This document shows, piece by piece, positions 18,527 through 29,137 of a DNA stretch of 64,000 nt. Origin of the DNA: Candidatus Eiseniibacteriota bacterium. Its GTDB lineage: Bacteria; Eisenbacteria; RBG-16-71-46; JABDJR01. Under the pieces are notes generated by a model, which saw nothing but the letters and a program-made list of their open reading frames with translations, was not told the DNA's origin and ran no database searches. Position 1 is the first letter of the stretch. The number at the start of each line of letters is the position of its first letter. The position numbers and the translations under genes were made by a program. The stretch lies in assembly GCA_963762255.1 (NCBI GenBank), contig CAVXKA010000003.1, forward strand, positions 912,203 to 976,202, read 5' to 3'.

Positions 18527-19738
18527 GTGCTCCTCGTCCAGAAATACGGCGGAACCTCGGTGGGCACGCCAAGCCGCATCCGGCGCGTGGCGGACCGCAT
18601 CGCAGCACGCCACCGCGCCGGCGACCGCGTGGTGGTGGTGGTCTCCGCCATGGGGCACAGCACCGATCGGCTGGTCGCGCTTGCCGAGAAGGTCACCTCG
18701 CACCCCAGCCGCCGCGAGATGGACATGCTCCTCACCGCGGGCGAACGGATCAGCATGGCGCTCCTCTCCATGGCGCTCCACGCGCGCGGTGTCTCCGCCA
18801 TCTCCTTCACCGGGAGCCAGAGCGGCGTCATCACCGACACCGCGCACACCCGCGCGCGCATCCTGGAGATCCGCCCGGTGCGCATCGGGCCGGAACTCGA
18901 GCGCGGTCGCGTCGTGATCGTTGCAGGATTCCAGGGAGTGAGCCGCGAGAAAGAGGTGACCACGCTGGGGCGCGGCGGCAGCGACACCTCCGCGGTGGCG
19001 CTGGCGGTGGGACTGCGCGCCGATCTCTGCGAGATCTACACCGATGTCGCAGGCGTCATGAGCGCGGATCCGCGCGTAGTCCCCGAGGGTCGTCTCCTCT
19101 CATCCGTGTCCTGGGACACCATGCTCGAGATGGCCTGCTGCGGCGCGGGGGTCATGCACGCGCGCGCGGTGGATCTGGCGCGGCGTCGGCGGGTTCCGTT
19201 TCACGTGCGTTCGGCGTTTTCGAGGAAGGATGGCACCGTGGTCGAAGGCGATGCGATCGAGAGCGGACCTGTAGTGGCGGCGGTCACGGGGCTCCCCCGC
19301 GTGGCGGAGGTGCAGATGAGCGGACTCGCGCTCTCGCCGGTCGCGCGCGCCGCGTTCTTCGAGGCGATGGACGCGCTCCTGGAGGACCTCTCCGGATTGC
19401 ACCAGTACGGCGAGGGCGATCGCTCGCATGTCGCGTTTCACATCCCGGTGAGCCCCGAGGCGGAGGACGTATTGAGCCGCCTGCGTGAGCTGACCGAGCG
19501 CCACGGCGGGCGGATGAGCGTCTCGCTGGAGCATGCCGCGGTGTCGGTGGTCGGGACCGGAGTACTCGATGCCCCCGCGGTCGCTGCGCGCGTCCATCGC
19601 GCGCTCGCGGAAGCCGGGGTGGCGCCGGCCTCGTTCCAGAGCGGAAACTTGAGCCTCACGTTCCTCGTGCCGCGCGATGGCTTTGCGGCCGCGCAGCGCG
19701 CGCTGCACCGGGAGTTTCTGGAAGCGCGGGAGACCTAA
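18527..19738 (+). CDS. lysC: Aspartate kinase
   Basis: [40 protein letters not shown]; ACT-like C-terminus. Confidence 0.94.
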   Translation: MLLVQKYGGTSVGTPSRIRRVADRIAARHRAGDRVVVVVSAMGHSTDRLVALAEKVTSHPSRREMDMLLTAGERISMALLSMALHARGVSAISFTGSQSGVITDTAHTRARILEIRPVRIGPELERGRVVIVAGFQGVSREKEVTTLGRGGSDTSAVALAVGLRADLCEIYTDVAGVMSADPRVVPEGRLLSSVSWDTMLEMACCGAGVMHARAVDLARRRRVPFHVRSAFSRKDGTVVEGDAIESGPVVAAVTGLPRVAEVQMSGLALSPVARAAFFEAMDALLEDLSGLHQYGEGDRSHVAFHIPVSPEAEDVLSRLRELTERHGGRMSVSLEHAAVSVVGTGVLDAPAVAARVHRALAEAGVAPASFQSGNLSLTFLVPRDGFAAAQRALHREFLEARET

Positions 19739-19818
19739 GCCGAGCTCTCTGCCGCTTTCCGGCGGGAAAGACGGCCTAAGTGGAAGTATTTCGCTGGACT
19801 TGATACGCAAAGATTCAT

Positions 19819-21969
19819 GTGATAGCGTGCTGCTGTAAGGGCGCCCTGATCGGAGCAGTCATGCTTGAGGGGTCACTCAGTTCGCGCGCGTTGCGTGCGG
19901 GCCGCCTCCTGTTTCCCGCGCTGATCGTCCTGGGACCTGGACATTCGTTTGCTGTCTCCACTCCCGAGCCGCGCGTCGCAGCCTCTCGCGTCGCTCTTTC
20001 CCTCGTGGACGTCCGGCCCACGCGGCTGTCCCCCAGCGTCTCGAAGCTGCTCAACGGAGATACGGCGGCACGCCGACACTTCTGGCTGTTCCTCACCGGC
20101 GATGCCAGCTCCCGTTCCTTCCAACGCTGGCAAGAGATGGAAGACGCCATCCGTGATTGCGGAGCGGCCCCCAGATGGAGATCCCGATGGTTGAACGCGG
20201 TGAGCGTGGCGGCTCCGGTCGCCACGGCGCCACGCCTCGGCGCCCTTCCTTTCGTGACCCGGGTGGATCTCGTCGGCCGCTGGCGGCGGGTGGAGCCCGT
20301 TGATGGCCGAACGATAGAGATAGACGACCGAGTCGGGCGGATGAGTTCACACGAACCGGCAAGGTCTGCGGCCTTCGCTCCAGATCCCTACGGCAACTCC
20401 CGCGGGCAGGCGGAGCGCATTGGGGCGGTGACGATGCACGATCTCGGCTACACCGGAGCCGGCCTGCGAATCGCGATGCTTGACGGCGGCTTCCGCACGG
20501 ATCACCCGGCCACTCGGAGCATCCGCGTCATCGCAGAACGTGACTTCGTGTTCAACGATGACGACGTGGACAACGAGTCGGAAGACTGGCCGGACGCATG
20601 GGTTCACGGGACGCTGACGTGGAGCGAAGTGGGGGGGTACGACCCGGGCCATATGCTGGGGATCGCCTACGGGGCGGAATTCCTATTGGCCAAGACCGAA
20701 GACATCCGAGCGGAGTATCCGCTCGAAGAGGACAACTACATCGCGGCGCTGGAGTGGGCAGAGTCCATGGGAGCCCGCGTCACGACGGCTTCGCTGGCCT
20801 ACTTCATCTTCGATGGCGAGGTGGGGTACGGGCAGGTGGATCTGGACGGGCAGACCATCCCGCTGTCGAGGGCAGTTGAAACGGCGGTCTCGCATGGGCT
20901 GGTGGTGCTCAACGGAGCCGGCAACTCCGGACCTGCTCCCACAACGCTGGAATGCCCGGCCGACGCACCGCATGTCGTCAGCGTGGGGGCGGTCGACTCC
21001 ACCGGGGTCATCATGAGTTGGAGCTCGCGAGGGCCTACCGCCGACGGACGGATCAAGCCGGAAGTGGTTGCTCAAGGCTGGTCGAACTGGGCCGCCTACG
21101 CGCCGTACGAAGGATACGCCCGGGCGGGTGGTACCTCCCTGTCCACTCCGTTGATTGCCGGAGCCGTCGCGTTGCTTCTCGAGGCGCACCCCGACTGGAG
21201 CTCGTACCGCGTTCGCGCGGCGCTGATGGAAACCGCCGATAAGGCCACCCAACCGGACAACGCGTACGGCTACGGTCTTGCCAATGTCGCCGCTGCTGCC
21301 GCCCTCGAACCCTCGGCACCGCCTCTTCGCCCCTTGCCGTTCGCCCTGCTCGAACCCGCGTGGGGCGACACGGTGAGGAGCTGGTCCCCCGTGTTGCGAT
21401 GGAGTCGGGAGACGGCGACCGGAGCGGACAGCCTGACCTACTCGCTCGTCCTCTCGTGGGAAAAGGGCTTCTGCTTCGCCGACACGATCCAGGTCGGAAG
21501 CGACACGTGCTGGGTCGGTGACCAATCCGCGTTCTCCTCGGTCGGTGGCGACTGGTACTGGATGGTGATCGCCACTAACAAGGCGGGATGGGCCCGCTCC
21601 TCGCTCGTTCCCCACCACTTCCGGCTCGCCCCCGAAGTCTCGGCACCGCGTGACTCGATCATGCTTCCCCCAAGCCTCAAGGTCGCGGCCTCACCGAACC
21701 CGCTCGGACCGAGGACCGCGCTTCTCTGCCAGTTCCCGATGCCCGCGGACGGCGCAGAGGCCGGCACGTTTCAGATCGCAGTGCATGACGTAGCCGGCAG
21801 GATCGTGCGCCACATCTCGAGCGGATCCTTCGGATCAGGAACCCGGGACTTGATCGTTCCGTGGGATGGTCGTAACGATGCCGGCAGTCGCCTGGCTCCC
21901 GGCATCTACTTCGTCAGGCTCCGGGCCGGACTCAGCGTCGCCTCCACACGAGTGGTGATTGCGCCATGA
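19819..21969 (+). CDS. S8 subtilisin-like peptidase with FlgD-like C-terminal Ig tail
   Basis: Triad AMLDGGF / VHGT / GGTSLSTP; SSRGPTADGRIKPE; tail WDGRNDAGSRLAPGIYFVRL. Start uncertain (ATG 19861 possible). Confidence 0.9.
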   Translation: MIACCCKGALIGAVMLEGSLSSRALRAGRLLFPALIVLGPGHSFAVSTPEPRVAASRVALSLVDVRPTRLSPSVSKLLNGDTAARRHFWLFLTGDASSRSFQRWQEMEDAIRDCGAAPRWRSRWLNAVSVAAPVATAPRLGALPFVTRVDLVGRWRRVEPVDGRTIEIDDRVGRMSSHEPARSAAFAPDPYGNSRGQAERIGAVTMHDLGYTGAGLRIAMLDGGFRTDHPATRSIRVIAERDFVFNDDDVDNESEDWPDAWVHGTLTWSEVGGYDPGHMLGIAYGAEFLLAKTEDIRAEYPLEEDNYIAALEWAESMGARVTTASLAYFIFDGEVGYGQVDLDGQTIPLSRAVETAVSHGLVVLNGAGNSGPAPTTLECPADAPHVVSVGAVDSTGVIMSWSSRGPTADGRIKPEVVAQGWSNWAAYAPYEGYARAGGTSLSTPLIAGAVALLLEAHPDWSSYRVRAALMETADKATQPDNAYGYGLANVAAAAALEPSAPPLRPLPFALLEPAWGDTVRSWSPVLRWSRETATGADSLTYSLVLSWEKGFCFADTIQVGSDTCWVGDQSAFSSVGGDWYWMVIATNKAGWARSSLVPHHFRLAPEVSAPRDSIMLPPSLKVAASPNPLGPRTALLCQFPMPADGAEAGTFQIAVHDVAGRIVRHISSGSFGSGTRDLIVPWDGRNDAGSRLAPGIYFVRLRAGLSVASTRVVIAP

Positions 21970-24614
21970 ACGTGCCAGGGATCAGGCGACCGGTCGCGAT
22001 GGCGGTGGCCTTGGTGCTCGCGGCAAGCGGCGGGCCGGTTGCGATCGCCTCGGGGGTTGGCACGCGTGACGGGGTTCCCCCGACTATCGGAACCGGAGCA
22101 CGCTCCTCAATAGGATGCAGTTGGTCTACGGGGTTCGGGCCGAACTCGGTGAACGGCCCGATCTACGCGATGGCCCCGCTCCCCCCCCACCCCGGAATGG
22201 TCATCGTCGGCGGCGCGTTCCAGCGTGCTGGAACAATGGCAGCAAGTAACGTGGCCGCGTTGCTCAACGATCAGTGGATTCCAATGGACGAGGGCCTGCC
22301 GAAGCCGGTCCGCCAACTCGTGGGGTACAACGGGACCGTGGTGGCCGAAGGGAATTTCGGAATCCGCCAATGGTCCGATTCGGGAGGTTGGCAGAGTCTC
22401 GGGACGCCTATGCACCGCGCTGGTCCCTGGACGTTGTTGAGCTGGAACGGCACCCTCATGGCAGGCGGCACCGACGGAGCCATGTTCACTCTAAGCGCCG
22501 ATCGCTGGCGATCTCTTTCCGAAGACTTTCCTTTCGCGGAAACCGTGAGTTCTATGGTCGAGTTCAGCGGCCTGGTGGCGGTCGCCGGCGATTCGCACCT
22601 CGCTCTCTGGTACGGCGACGGGTGGCAGGCATTCCCCACTGAGTTTGCACCGACGCAAGACCTCCCCGGACTCATGGCCCTTGCCGTCTATCAGTACAAG
22701 CTCGTTGCTGCCGGGTCGTTTTCCTGGTCGGACTCGCTGAGTTACCTGGCGTGGTGGGATGGCTGGCATTGGAGGCCGTTCGGACGAGGCGTCGACGGCC
22801 CTGTTCACCGGCTGGCGGTAGTCAACGGGATGCTCTACGCCATGGGGGACTTCTCCCTCGCCGGTGACGTAGAGGCGCACCAGATTGCCGCCTGGGATGG
22901 AGTCGCATGGCAGGATCTGGGCCCGGGCATGAACCGTCCTGTGCACGCCGTTCTATCGATGGAGGGCCGCACCTACGCGGGAGGGGAGTTCACTCCGGCC
23001 GGCACCGTGGCTGCCGACTACCTGGCCTACTGGGACAACGATCAGTGGAAGGGAATGGGGAATGGGCTCGACGCAGAAGTGTCGGCGTTCCTGAATTGCG
23101 ACTCGGTCCTGGTGGCGGGGGGGGCATTCCAGCGGGCGGGCGCCATCTTCGGTCACCACATCGCGGCATGGGACGGCGCGGATTGGCGGCCCCTCGGGGA
23201 GGGTTTCGACGATCGAGTGTGGGCCCTCGCCCAACACCAGGGCCGCGTGATTGCGGGCGGGGCATTCAGAGCATCGGGCGCGGAACCCGCTCAACGCGTG
23301 GCAGCCTGGGACGGGTCACGCTGGGAATCCCTGGGGGACGGGATGGACCTTCCAGTCTTCAGCCTGCTCTCGGCGAGCGACGGCACCCTGTACGCGGCGG
23401 GGGCGTTCACGAGATCCGGGGATCGCCCGCTCTCCCATGTAGCTCGCTGGTCGGGAGACGGTTGGGAGCCCGTGGGCGGCGGATGTGACGACTGGGTTGT
23501 GGATCTCGAAGAGTGGAATGGCAGGATCTACGCCGCCGGCTTCTTCGAGCACGCGGGGGACTCCACGGCAAGCCGAATCGCGGAGTGGGATGGGCAGCGC
23601 TGGAGGGCGATCGCGGGAGAGATGGAGCGGACCTGGTCCATCACCTCACTCGAAGCCTACAGGGACCGTCTGGTGGCTGCGGGCAGCTTCGGCCGGATCG
23701 GCGATGCCTCGGTCACGAACCTCGCGGCGTGGGACGGCATGGGCTGGCAGTCCCTCGCCGGCACCTACTCGAGGTTGACCTCAGTGGATCATATCCTGGC
23801 CCTCCACGCCGTAGGCTCCTTGCTGTTCATAGGGTCCCACGGGTTGGAGCTGTCGAATGGGTACAGCAGTCGCCTAGCCATGTACGGCGGGGATTGGAGT
23901 ACGTTTGGAAGCTTCGGCCCTAGCGGAACTGCCGTCACCGCCGTGGGAGATTGGGGGGGGCGCCTATTCGTCGGTGGCACTTTCGCCGACTGCGCCTGCG
24001 GACCCTCCCTGCACATCGCTGAGTGGTATGGGCTTCAGTCCAAGGTTGCTGTCGAGCTCCTTGCCTTCACCGCGGACCGGCAAGGTGGTGAGGCCGTCGT
24101 TCGGTGGGCCCTGGCAGACGGGGCAGGTGATATTGCCAGCGTCGCGCTGTACCGCGAGGAGTCCGACGGATCGCGCCACGCGTTGACGGGGGATCTACAG
24201 GCGCTGACCCCGAGCCATGAGGTGCGCGATCCAGCCCCTCCGCTTGGCGAAGCCGCGTACTGGCTCCTCGTGAGGACTCGCGCGAGCGAAGCCGCATGGT
24301 ACGGCCCGGCGGTCCTGGCAGCATGGGAGCCACGTGCGTCGCTCACGCTCGAGCAGAACTCGCCCAATCCGGTCATCACGACCACGACGTTTCGTTTCGC
24401 CATCCCGTCGCCGGGGCCGGTGAGGCTGCGCGTGTTCGATCCGGCGGGGCGAGTAGTGGCCACCCTTCTCGATGCCCCGGCGAATGCGGGTCCACACACG
24501 TTGACGTGGGACACGGAGGACGGCGCCGGAAACCCGGTCGCGCGCGGAGTCTACTTCTACCGCTTGGACGGGCCGTCCGGATTCAAGGTCCGCCGGCTTC
24601 TGGTCCTCCGTTAG
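21966..24614 (+). CDS. Secreted beta-propeller repeat protein with FlgD-like C-terminal tail
   Basis: Many GGxF...IAxWDGxxWxxLG repeats; tail QNSPNP...WDTEDGAGNPVARGVYFYRL. Confidence 0.85.
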   Translation: MNVPGIRRPVAMAVALVLAASGGPVAIASGVGTRDGVPPTIGTGARSSIGCSWSTGFGPNSVNGPIYAMAPLPPHPGMVIVGGAFQRAGTMAASNVAALLNDQWIPMDEGLPKPVRQLVGYNGTVVAEGNFGIRQWSDSGGWQSLGTPMHRAGPWTLLSWNGTLMAGGTDGAMFTLSADRWRSLSEDFPFAETVSSMVEFSGLVAVAGDSHLALWYGDGWQAFPTEFAPTQDLPGLMALAVYQYKLVAAGSFSWSDSLSYLAWWDGWHWRPFGRGVDGPVHRLAVVNGMLYAMGDFSLAGDVEAHQIAAWDGVAWQDLGPGMNRPVHAVLSMEGRTYAGGEFTPAGTVAADYLAYWDNDQWKGMGNGLDAEVSAFLNCDSVLVAGGAFQRAGAIFGHHIAAWDGADWRPLGEGFDDRVWALAQHQGRVIAGGAFRASGAEPAQRVAAWDGSRWESLGDGMDLPVFSLLSASDGTLYAAGAFTRSGDRPLSHVARWSGDGWEPVGGGCDDWVVDLEEWNGRIYAAGFFEHAGDSTASRIAEWDGQRWRAIAGEMERTWSITSLEAYRDRLVAAGSFGRIGDASVTNLAAWDGMGWQSLAGTYSRLTSVDHILALHAVGSLLFIGSHGLELSNGYSSRLAMYGGDWSTFGSFGPSGTAVTAVGDWGGRLFVGGTFADCACGPSLHIAEWYGLQSKVAVELLAFTADRQGGEAVVRWALADGAGDIASVALYREESDGSRHALTGDLQALTPSHEVRDPAPPLGEAAYWLLVRTRASEAAWYGPAVLAAWEPRASLTLEQNSPNPVITTTTFRFAIPSPGPVRLRVFDPAGRVVATLLDAPANAGPHTLTWDTEDGAGNPVARGVYFYRLDGPSGFKVRRLLVLR

Positions 24615-24663
24615 CCGCAGAGGAACCGTGCACCGGTTCCCACGCCGTACCCGCGCGGGCTGA

Positions 24664-25281
24664 TCAGCGAGCGGGGGCGGGAGTTCCGACTACTTGCTCC
24701 CACGACGCAGAGAGAGTCCCGACCAGGAGCCCGCAGAACACGCCGAGGACGGTGCCGGCGGCGGCGGCCACGAGCGCGTCTCCTTCCGTGTAGTGGTCGG
24801 GACATCGATAGCTGGTGGTCAGCACGCCGGCGCCGGGCATCGATTGAACCGGGCAGAACAAGCCGTCCAGTTCGTTGAGCCCGTACAGCCCGCCCGCCAC
24901 CATCCCCACCAACCCGAGCATGATCGTGGCGTCCCGGGTGCGGGTCCGCCTCACCCACACCTCGCGAACGTCCGCCGCCGCGATCACATCTTCATCCCCG
25001 AGCGACCGAATCACCCAACCCGAGTCTCCGACTCGAACCAGACGACCCTCGACCGGCTCCCCGCGCGTCGCCAACAGAAGCCGCACCCGGTCGCCCTCGC
25101 GGAGCCGCGCCCGGCCGGGCGGATCCACGGGCGCCTTCTCCGCACGACGCTCCGCGTCGCGCAGGTCGACCGCACCCTGCTGAGTGGAATCCCCCGGCTC
25201 TGCCGCTGTGCATGCGGGAAAGATGAGTTGCGCGATCAGCATGGAAACGATCAGGCCGCGGAACGCCGAATCACGCCGCAC
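24664..25281 (-). CDS. Hypothetical exported/membrane protein
   Basis: GTG start overlaps the ccmF stop; signal-like N-terminus, Sm/SH3-like segment (GDRVRL...VEGRLV), Gly-rich hydrophobic helices. Confidence 0.6.
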   Translation of the reverse strand: MRRDSAFRGLIVSMLIAQLIFPACTAAEPGDSTQQGAVDLRDAERRAEKAPVDPPGRARLREGDRVRLLLATRGEPVEGRLVRVGDSGWVIRSLGDEDVIAAADVREVWVRRTRTRDATIMLGLVGMVAGGLYGLNELDGLFCPVQSMPGAGVLTTSYRCPDHYTEGDALVAAAAGTVLGVFCGLLVGTLSASWEQVVGTPAPAR

Positions 25282-27854
25282 TACGCCGCCTCGCGCTTGC
25301 CGTTCTTCTTGAGAAGCGTGAACGGCTTCTCGCCCGCCCCCGAGGTCGTCGCAAGCTTGCCCGCCAGCCTCCAGCGGTGCAGGGTCGCCATGATCAGCCC
25401 GATCAGCACGATCGCGGTTCCCATCCACAAGAGGCCGATGAAAGGCTTGGTGCTGACCTCGGCGTAGAAGTACTCCTGCGGCGCCGGCGCAACGTGGAGC
25501 TGCGCGAGCGCCTTCTGCGCTTCCACGTCCACGAGCACGAGGTTCATGCCGGTATTGCCGATCGGGGCCTCGATGCGCTCCAGCTCTTCCGAGCCGGGCC
25601 GGCTGATGATGGCGGGGCGAACCTCGAAGCTCTGTCCCCCGACCGTCACCTTGCTGTGCGCGTAGACGGTGGTGGATCCGCCCTGCCGCGTCGGGGAGTC
25701 CACGTCGTAGCCGAAGAGCTCCACCGTGAACTCGCCGAGCTGCGCGGTCTCACCGCGGCCGAGCACCGTCGCCGGAGGCGCCACGCCGAACTGAGCGATC
25801 GAGCCGTCGGCGTTCAGTCCCAGGAGCCGCAACGTCGACCCCGCACCCGGGATCTCGGCCGGCATCGCCGAGGTGTGTCCGTCGGTGAAGGTGAGGAACG
25901 AGGGAGAGAGCGTGACCGACGCTCCGTCAATCGTCGCCTCCACGACGGCGTTCACGCGGGTCCCGGTGGAGTGCTCGGACCCCTCGGGCATCATCGGCGC
26001 CTTGAACGGCCCGGTGTCGGCGCTGCGCAGCACCATGGGAATCCCGAGCACGGTCTGCGGCTGGTCCTTGACCAGCATGACCTTCTTCTCGATGCGGTCC
26101 TCGAGCGGGTCCACGTCGGTGCCGATCGGCGAGATGTAGACGTCGCGCATGAGAAAGGACTGGATCGCGGGCTTCTTCATCATCCCCGCGTTCATGTCGC
26201 TGAAGAACATCGTGGGCGACATCATGTAGGCGCTGTCCGCTGTGCGCAGGGTGACGTCGTATGCGCTCTTCCGGCCTTCCTCGACCGGGCGCGGTCCCAT
26301 GTACTTGAAGCCATAGCCCAGCGCCACGACCTCTTGGCCCTTGGGCAGCACCACCGACTGCTTGGTGCTGTAGACGGTCGAGGTGAGGATGCCGAGAATC
26401 GCCAGCCCGATCCCCACGTGAGCGAAGTAGCCGCCGGTGGCCCTCCAGTTCGTGGTCATCATGCGGGCCGCGAGCCAGAGGTTGGCCAGCGCGGCGAAGG
26501 TGCCGGCCACCATCATGAGCAGGTACTCGATGTTGCGCACGCCGAAGAAGAAGTAGGCCGCCCCCAACACCGCGGTGGCGACGATCGGTACGAGGGCTTG
26601 CCACAGCGAGCCGCGCAGGTCGGTGCGCATCCAGAGCAGGTACGGCGAAAACCCCATCAGGAACCCGACGAGAATCGCGAAAGGCAGCCCGGCGCGGTTG
26701 TAATACAGCGGCTGCACGTTGGAGGCCGGTCCCCACCACCGCGTATAGATGGGCGATGACGTCCCCAGCAACACGAAGAGCGCGAAGAGCCCGAACGCCA
26801 GCGACCCCAGGAAGATCACGTACTCCTTGCTGAGGAGGGGCGCCTCGGTCTTCTCGGTAGGGATGCGCCGGAACTTCCACACGAAGAGCGCGAGTCCGCC
26901 GCCCAGAAACACCACCATGAAGGCGACCAGGAACTGGTTGATGCCAAGATCGGTGAAGGAGTGCACCGAGAAATCGGCGAGCACCCCGCTGCGTGTGAGG
27001 AATGTGGAGTAGGTGAGCAGGATGAAAGGGAACATCGCGATCAGCACGTTCGAGCGACGGAAGATGTTCCGCTTCATCTGGATCACCTGGTTGTGCAAGA
27101 GCGCCACCGCCACCAGCCAGGGCACCAGAGAAGAGTTCTCGACGGGATCCCAACCCCAGAAGCCGCCCCAGCCCAGGATGCTGTAGGCCCAGTAGCCGCC
27201 CAGCAAAAGCCCCGTGCCCAACGCCATCACGCCGAAGGTCGTCCACGGGACCGCGCGCCGCACCCAGTTGTCCCAGTCCTCCTTCACGAGTGCCGCCATC
27301 GCGTACGCGGCGGGGATCCCCAGCGAAGCGAAGCCGAAGAACATGATCGGCGGATGGATGGTCATCCACGGATCCTGCAGGAGCGGGTTGAGGCCATTGC
27401 CGTCTGCCGGCGTCGTTGCATGCCGGATGAACGGGCTCGCCTTGAGGAGCATGAGCATCAGGAAGAGATTGATGCCGAGATAGAAGAACAGCACCGGCGC
27501 CTCGTACTGCTTGGCCTTGAAGCGCAACATGACGGCCAGCAAGCCGCCGAAGAGCGCCCACAGGAGGAATGTCCCTTCCTGCCCGCCCCAGAAGGCCGAG
27601 AACACGTACCGGAGCGGCATTTCACGCGAGCTGTAGCGGAAGACGTAGTCGTATTCGAAGTGATGTCCGACCAGGAGGTACCAGAGATAGGCGGAGCTGG
27701 CCACGAGCCCGAAGGCGGTGATGTACACCGCAGGACGGGCGATGTGGAGCAGCGGCGCCCCCGCCGACTTTCGCACGCCGGGAAGGTAGGCGGCCATCGC
27801 CGCCGCGGTCGACAACGTGGTGAGTACGGTGAGCAGGTACCCGAGATTCGACAT
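25281..27854 (-). CDS. ccmF: Cytochrome c heme lyase CcmF with extended periplasmic region
   Basis: FWGGQEG, GLNPLLQ, IHPP, WGGFWGWDPVEN, FLTRSG..SVHSF, AHVG. Confidence 0.93.
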   Translation of the reverse strand: MSNLGYLLTVLTTLSTAAAMAAYLPGVRKSAGAPLLHIARPAVYITAFGLVASSAYLWYLLVGHHFEYDYVFRYSSREMPLRYVFSAFWGGQEGTFLLWALFGGLLAVMLRFKAKQYEAPVLFFYLGINLFLMLMLLKASPFIRHATTPADGNGLNPLLQDPWMTIHPPIMFFGFASLGIPAAYAMAALVKEDWDNWVRRAVPWTTFGVMALGTGLLLGGYWAYSILGWGGFWGWDPVENSSLVPWLVAVALLHNQVIQMKRNIFRRSNVLIAMFPFILLTYSTFLTRSGVLADFSVHSFTDLGINQFLVAFMVVFLGGGLALFVWKFRRIPTEKTEAPLLSKEYVIFLGSLAFGLFALFVLLGTSSPIYTRWWGPASNVQPLYYNRAGLPFAILVGFLMGFSPYLLWMRTDLRGSLWQALVPIVATAVLGAAYFFFGVRNIEYLLMMVAGTFAALANLWLAARMMTTNWRATGGYFAHVGIGLAILGILTSTVYSTKQSVVLPKGQEVVALGYGFKYMGPRPVEEGRKSAYDVTLRTADSAYMMSPTMFFSDMNAGMMKKPAIQSFLMRDVYISPIGTDVDPLEDRIEKKVMLVKDQPQTVLGIPMVLRSADTGPFKAPMMPEGSEHSTGTRVNAVVEATIDGASVTLSPSFLTFTDGHTSAMPAEIPGAGSTLRLLGLNADGSIAQFGVAPPATVLGRGETAQLGEFTVELFGYDVDSPTRQGGSTTVYAHSKVTVGGQSFEVRPAIISRPGSEELERIEAPIGNTGMNLVLVDVEAQKALAQLHVAPAPQEYFYAEVSTKPFIGLLWMGTAIVLIGLIMATLHRWRLAGKLATTSGAGEKPFTLLKKNGKREAA

Positions 27855-27857
27855 CCG

Positions 27858-28307
27858 CTAATCCGTTTCCGCGGCGCTCGTCGACGCCGGCTTGACTGCG
27901 CTGCCCTCCCCGGCGCCTTCAGCGCCCGGGTGTACGTTGCCCTGCGATTCGTATTTGGACGGGCACTTCACGAGGATCTGGCTTGCATGCAGCGCGCCCT
28001 CCTCGTAGCGGCCGATCACGACGACGCTTTGCGCCTGATCGAAGTTGCCCGGCTTGACCCCCTTGAAGCAGACGTCCATCTGCTCTCCGCCCTCGTCCTT
28101 CATCTCGAAGCGGAACTCCCCGGCGGCAGGGTCCCACCGCGATGCGGCGTGGTCGGGGAATCCGGCGACCTGCACCGGCCGATCGCTTGCGCGGGCCTCG
28201 GTGAAGGAAACGTAGGGGGTGATGGTCCGGTTGAGATTGAGCGCGGCCAACCCGCCGAACACGGCGAGGAGGACCAGCCCGACCCAGATCCTTCGACTAA
28301 CCTTCAT
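27858..28307 (-). CDS. ccmE: Heme chaperone CcmE, CxxxY variant
   Basis: N-terminal TM; KCPSKY in place of HxxxY. Confidence 0.9.
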   Translation of the reverse strand: MKVSRRIWVGLVLLAVFGGLAALNLNRTITPYVSFTEARASDRPVQVAGFPDHAASRWDPAAGEFRFEMKDEGGEQMDVCFKGVKPGNFDQAQSVVVIGRYEEGALHASQILVKCPSKYESQGNVHPGAEGAGEGSAVKPASTSAAETD

Positions 28308-28422
28308 GGCGATTCATCTCCCGGCGAATACGGTTAAGTTTACGGTCCAGGGCCACGAGGTAAAGGAAAATCCCGACCCAAATTATCAGGATTGCCCCGA
28401 AGACGACGCTGTTCCCGGTCAT
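28297..28422 (-). CDS. ccmD: CcmD-like small membrane protein
   Basis: 41 aa, single TM plus basic tail (IWVGIFLYLVALDRKLNRIRRE), between ccmC and ccmE. Confidence 0.75.
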   Translation of the reverse strand: MTGNSVVFGAILIIWVGIFLYLVALDRKLNRIRREMNRHEG

Positions 28423-29120
28423 GTTGTTTGCCTCGTGCGGCTTAGACGGATCGCCGCGGTCTTGAGCTGGAGCATCCAGGCGTAGAGCCCTGTGTACCCG
28501 ATGAGGAACAAGAAGAAGACTTGGAGCATCCTGGGGTTCATGGACCCGCTCCGCTCGCTGGTCTGGATGATCGGCGAGGGGTGCAGGGTCTCCATGACCC
28601 TCGGCACGACGAACACCAGAAACGGCACGGTCACGAACGCCAGGATGGAGTATACCCCGGCAAGTCGCGCGCGGCGATGGGGTTCCGCCACCGCCGAGCG
28701 CAGCGTGAAGTAGCCCGCATAGATGAGGAGGAGGATCAGCACGGTGTTCTGCCTCGGATCCCAGTTCCAGAAGGCCCCCCACTCCAGCTTGGCCCAGATC
28801 ATCCCGCTCACCAGCGCCACGGCGCAGAACAGGAACCCCAGCTCGGAACTGGCCAGCGCCAGGTCATCGGCCTTCTGACCGGTGCCCCGGAGCACTCGGA
28901 TGCTCTGGATCATGGCTACCGCAAAAGCCAGGACCGCGATCCATGCTGCGGGGACATGGAAGTAGAAGATCCGGAAGGCCGGCCAGGGCTGCATCGTGGG
29001 GTTCCCGGCGGCGTCCTTGATCGAGAAGTTGGGCCGGGTTGCCTCGGGGGCGTACACGAAACACAGGACGATGGCGGCGGCCATAAGGATACCGAGGGCC
29101 CACTTGCCCAGGTTGGCCAT
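28419..29120 (-). CDS. ccmC: Heme exporter CcmC
   Basis: FYFHVP, WWD motif WGAFWNWDPR, TLHP. Confidence 0.92.
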   Translation of the reverse strand: MANLGKWALGILMAAAIVLCFVYAPEATRPNFSIKDAAGNPTMQPWPAFRIFYFHVPAAWIAVLAFAVAMIQSIRVLRGTGQKADDLALASSELGFLFCAVALVSGMIWAKLEWGAFWNWDPRQNTVLILLLIYAGYFTLRSAVAEPHRRARLAGVYSILAFVTVPFLVFVVPRVMETLHPSPIIQTSERSGSMNPRMLQVFFLFLIGYTGLYAWMLQLKTAAIRLSRTRQTT

Positions 29121-29137
29121 GTGCTCTCCTCCGATCG

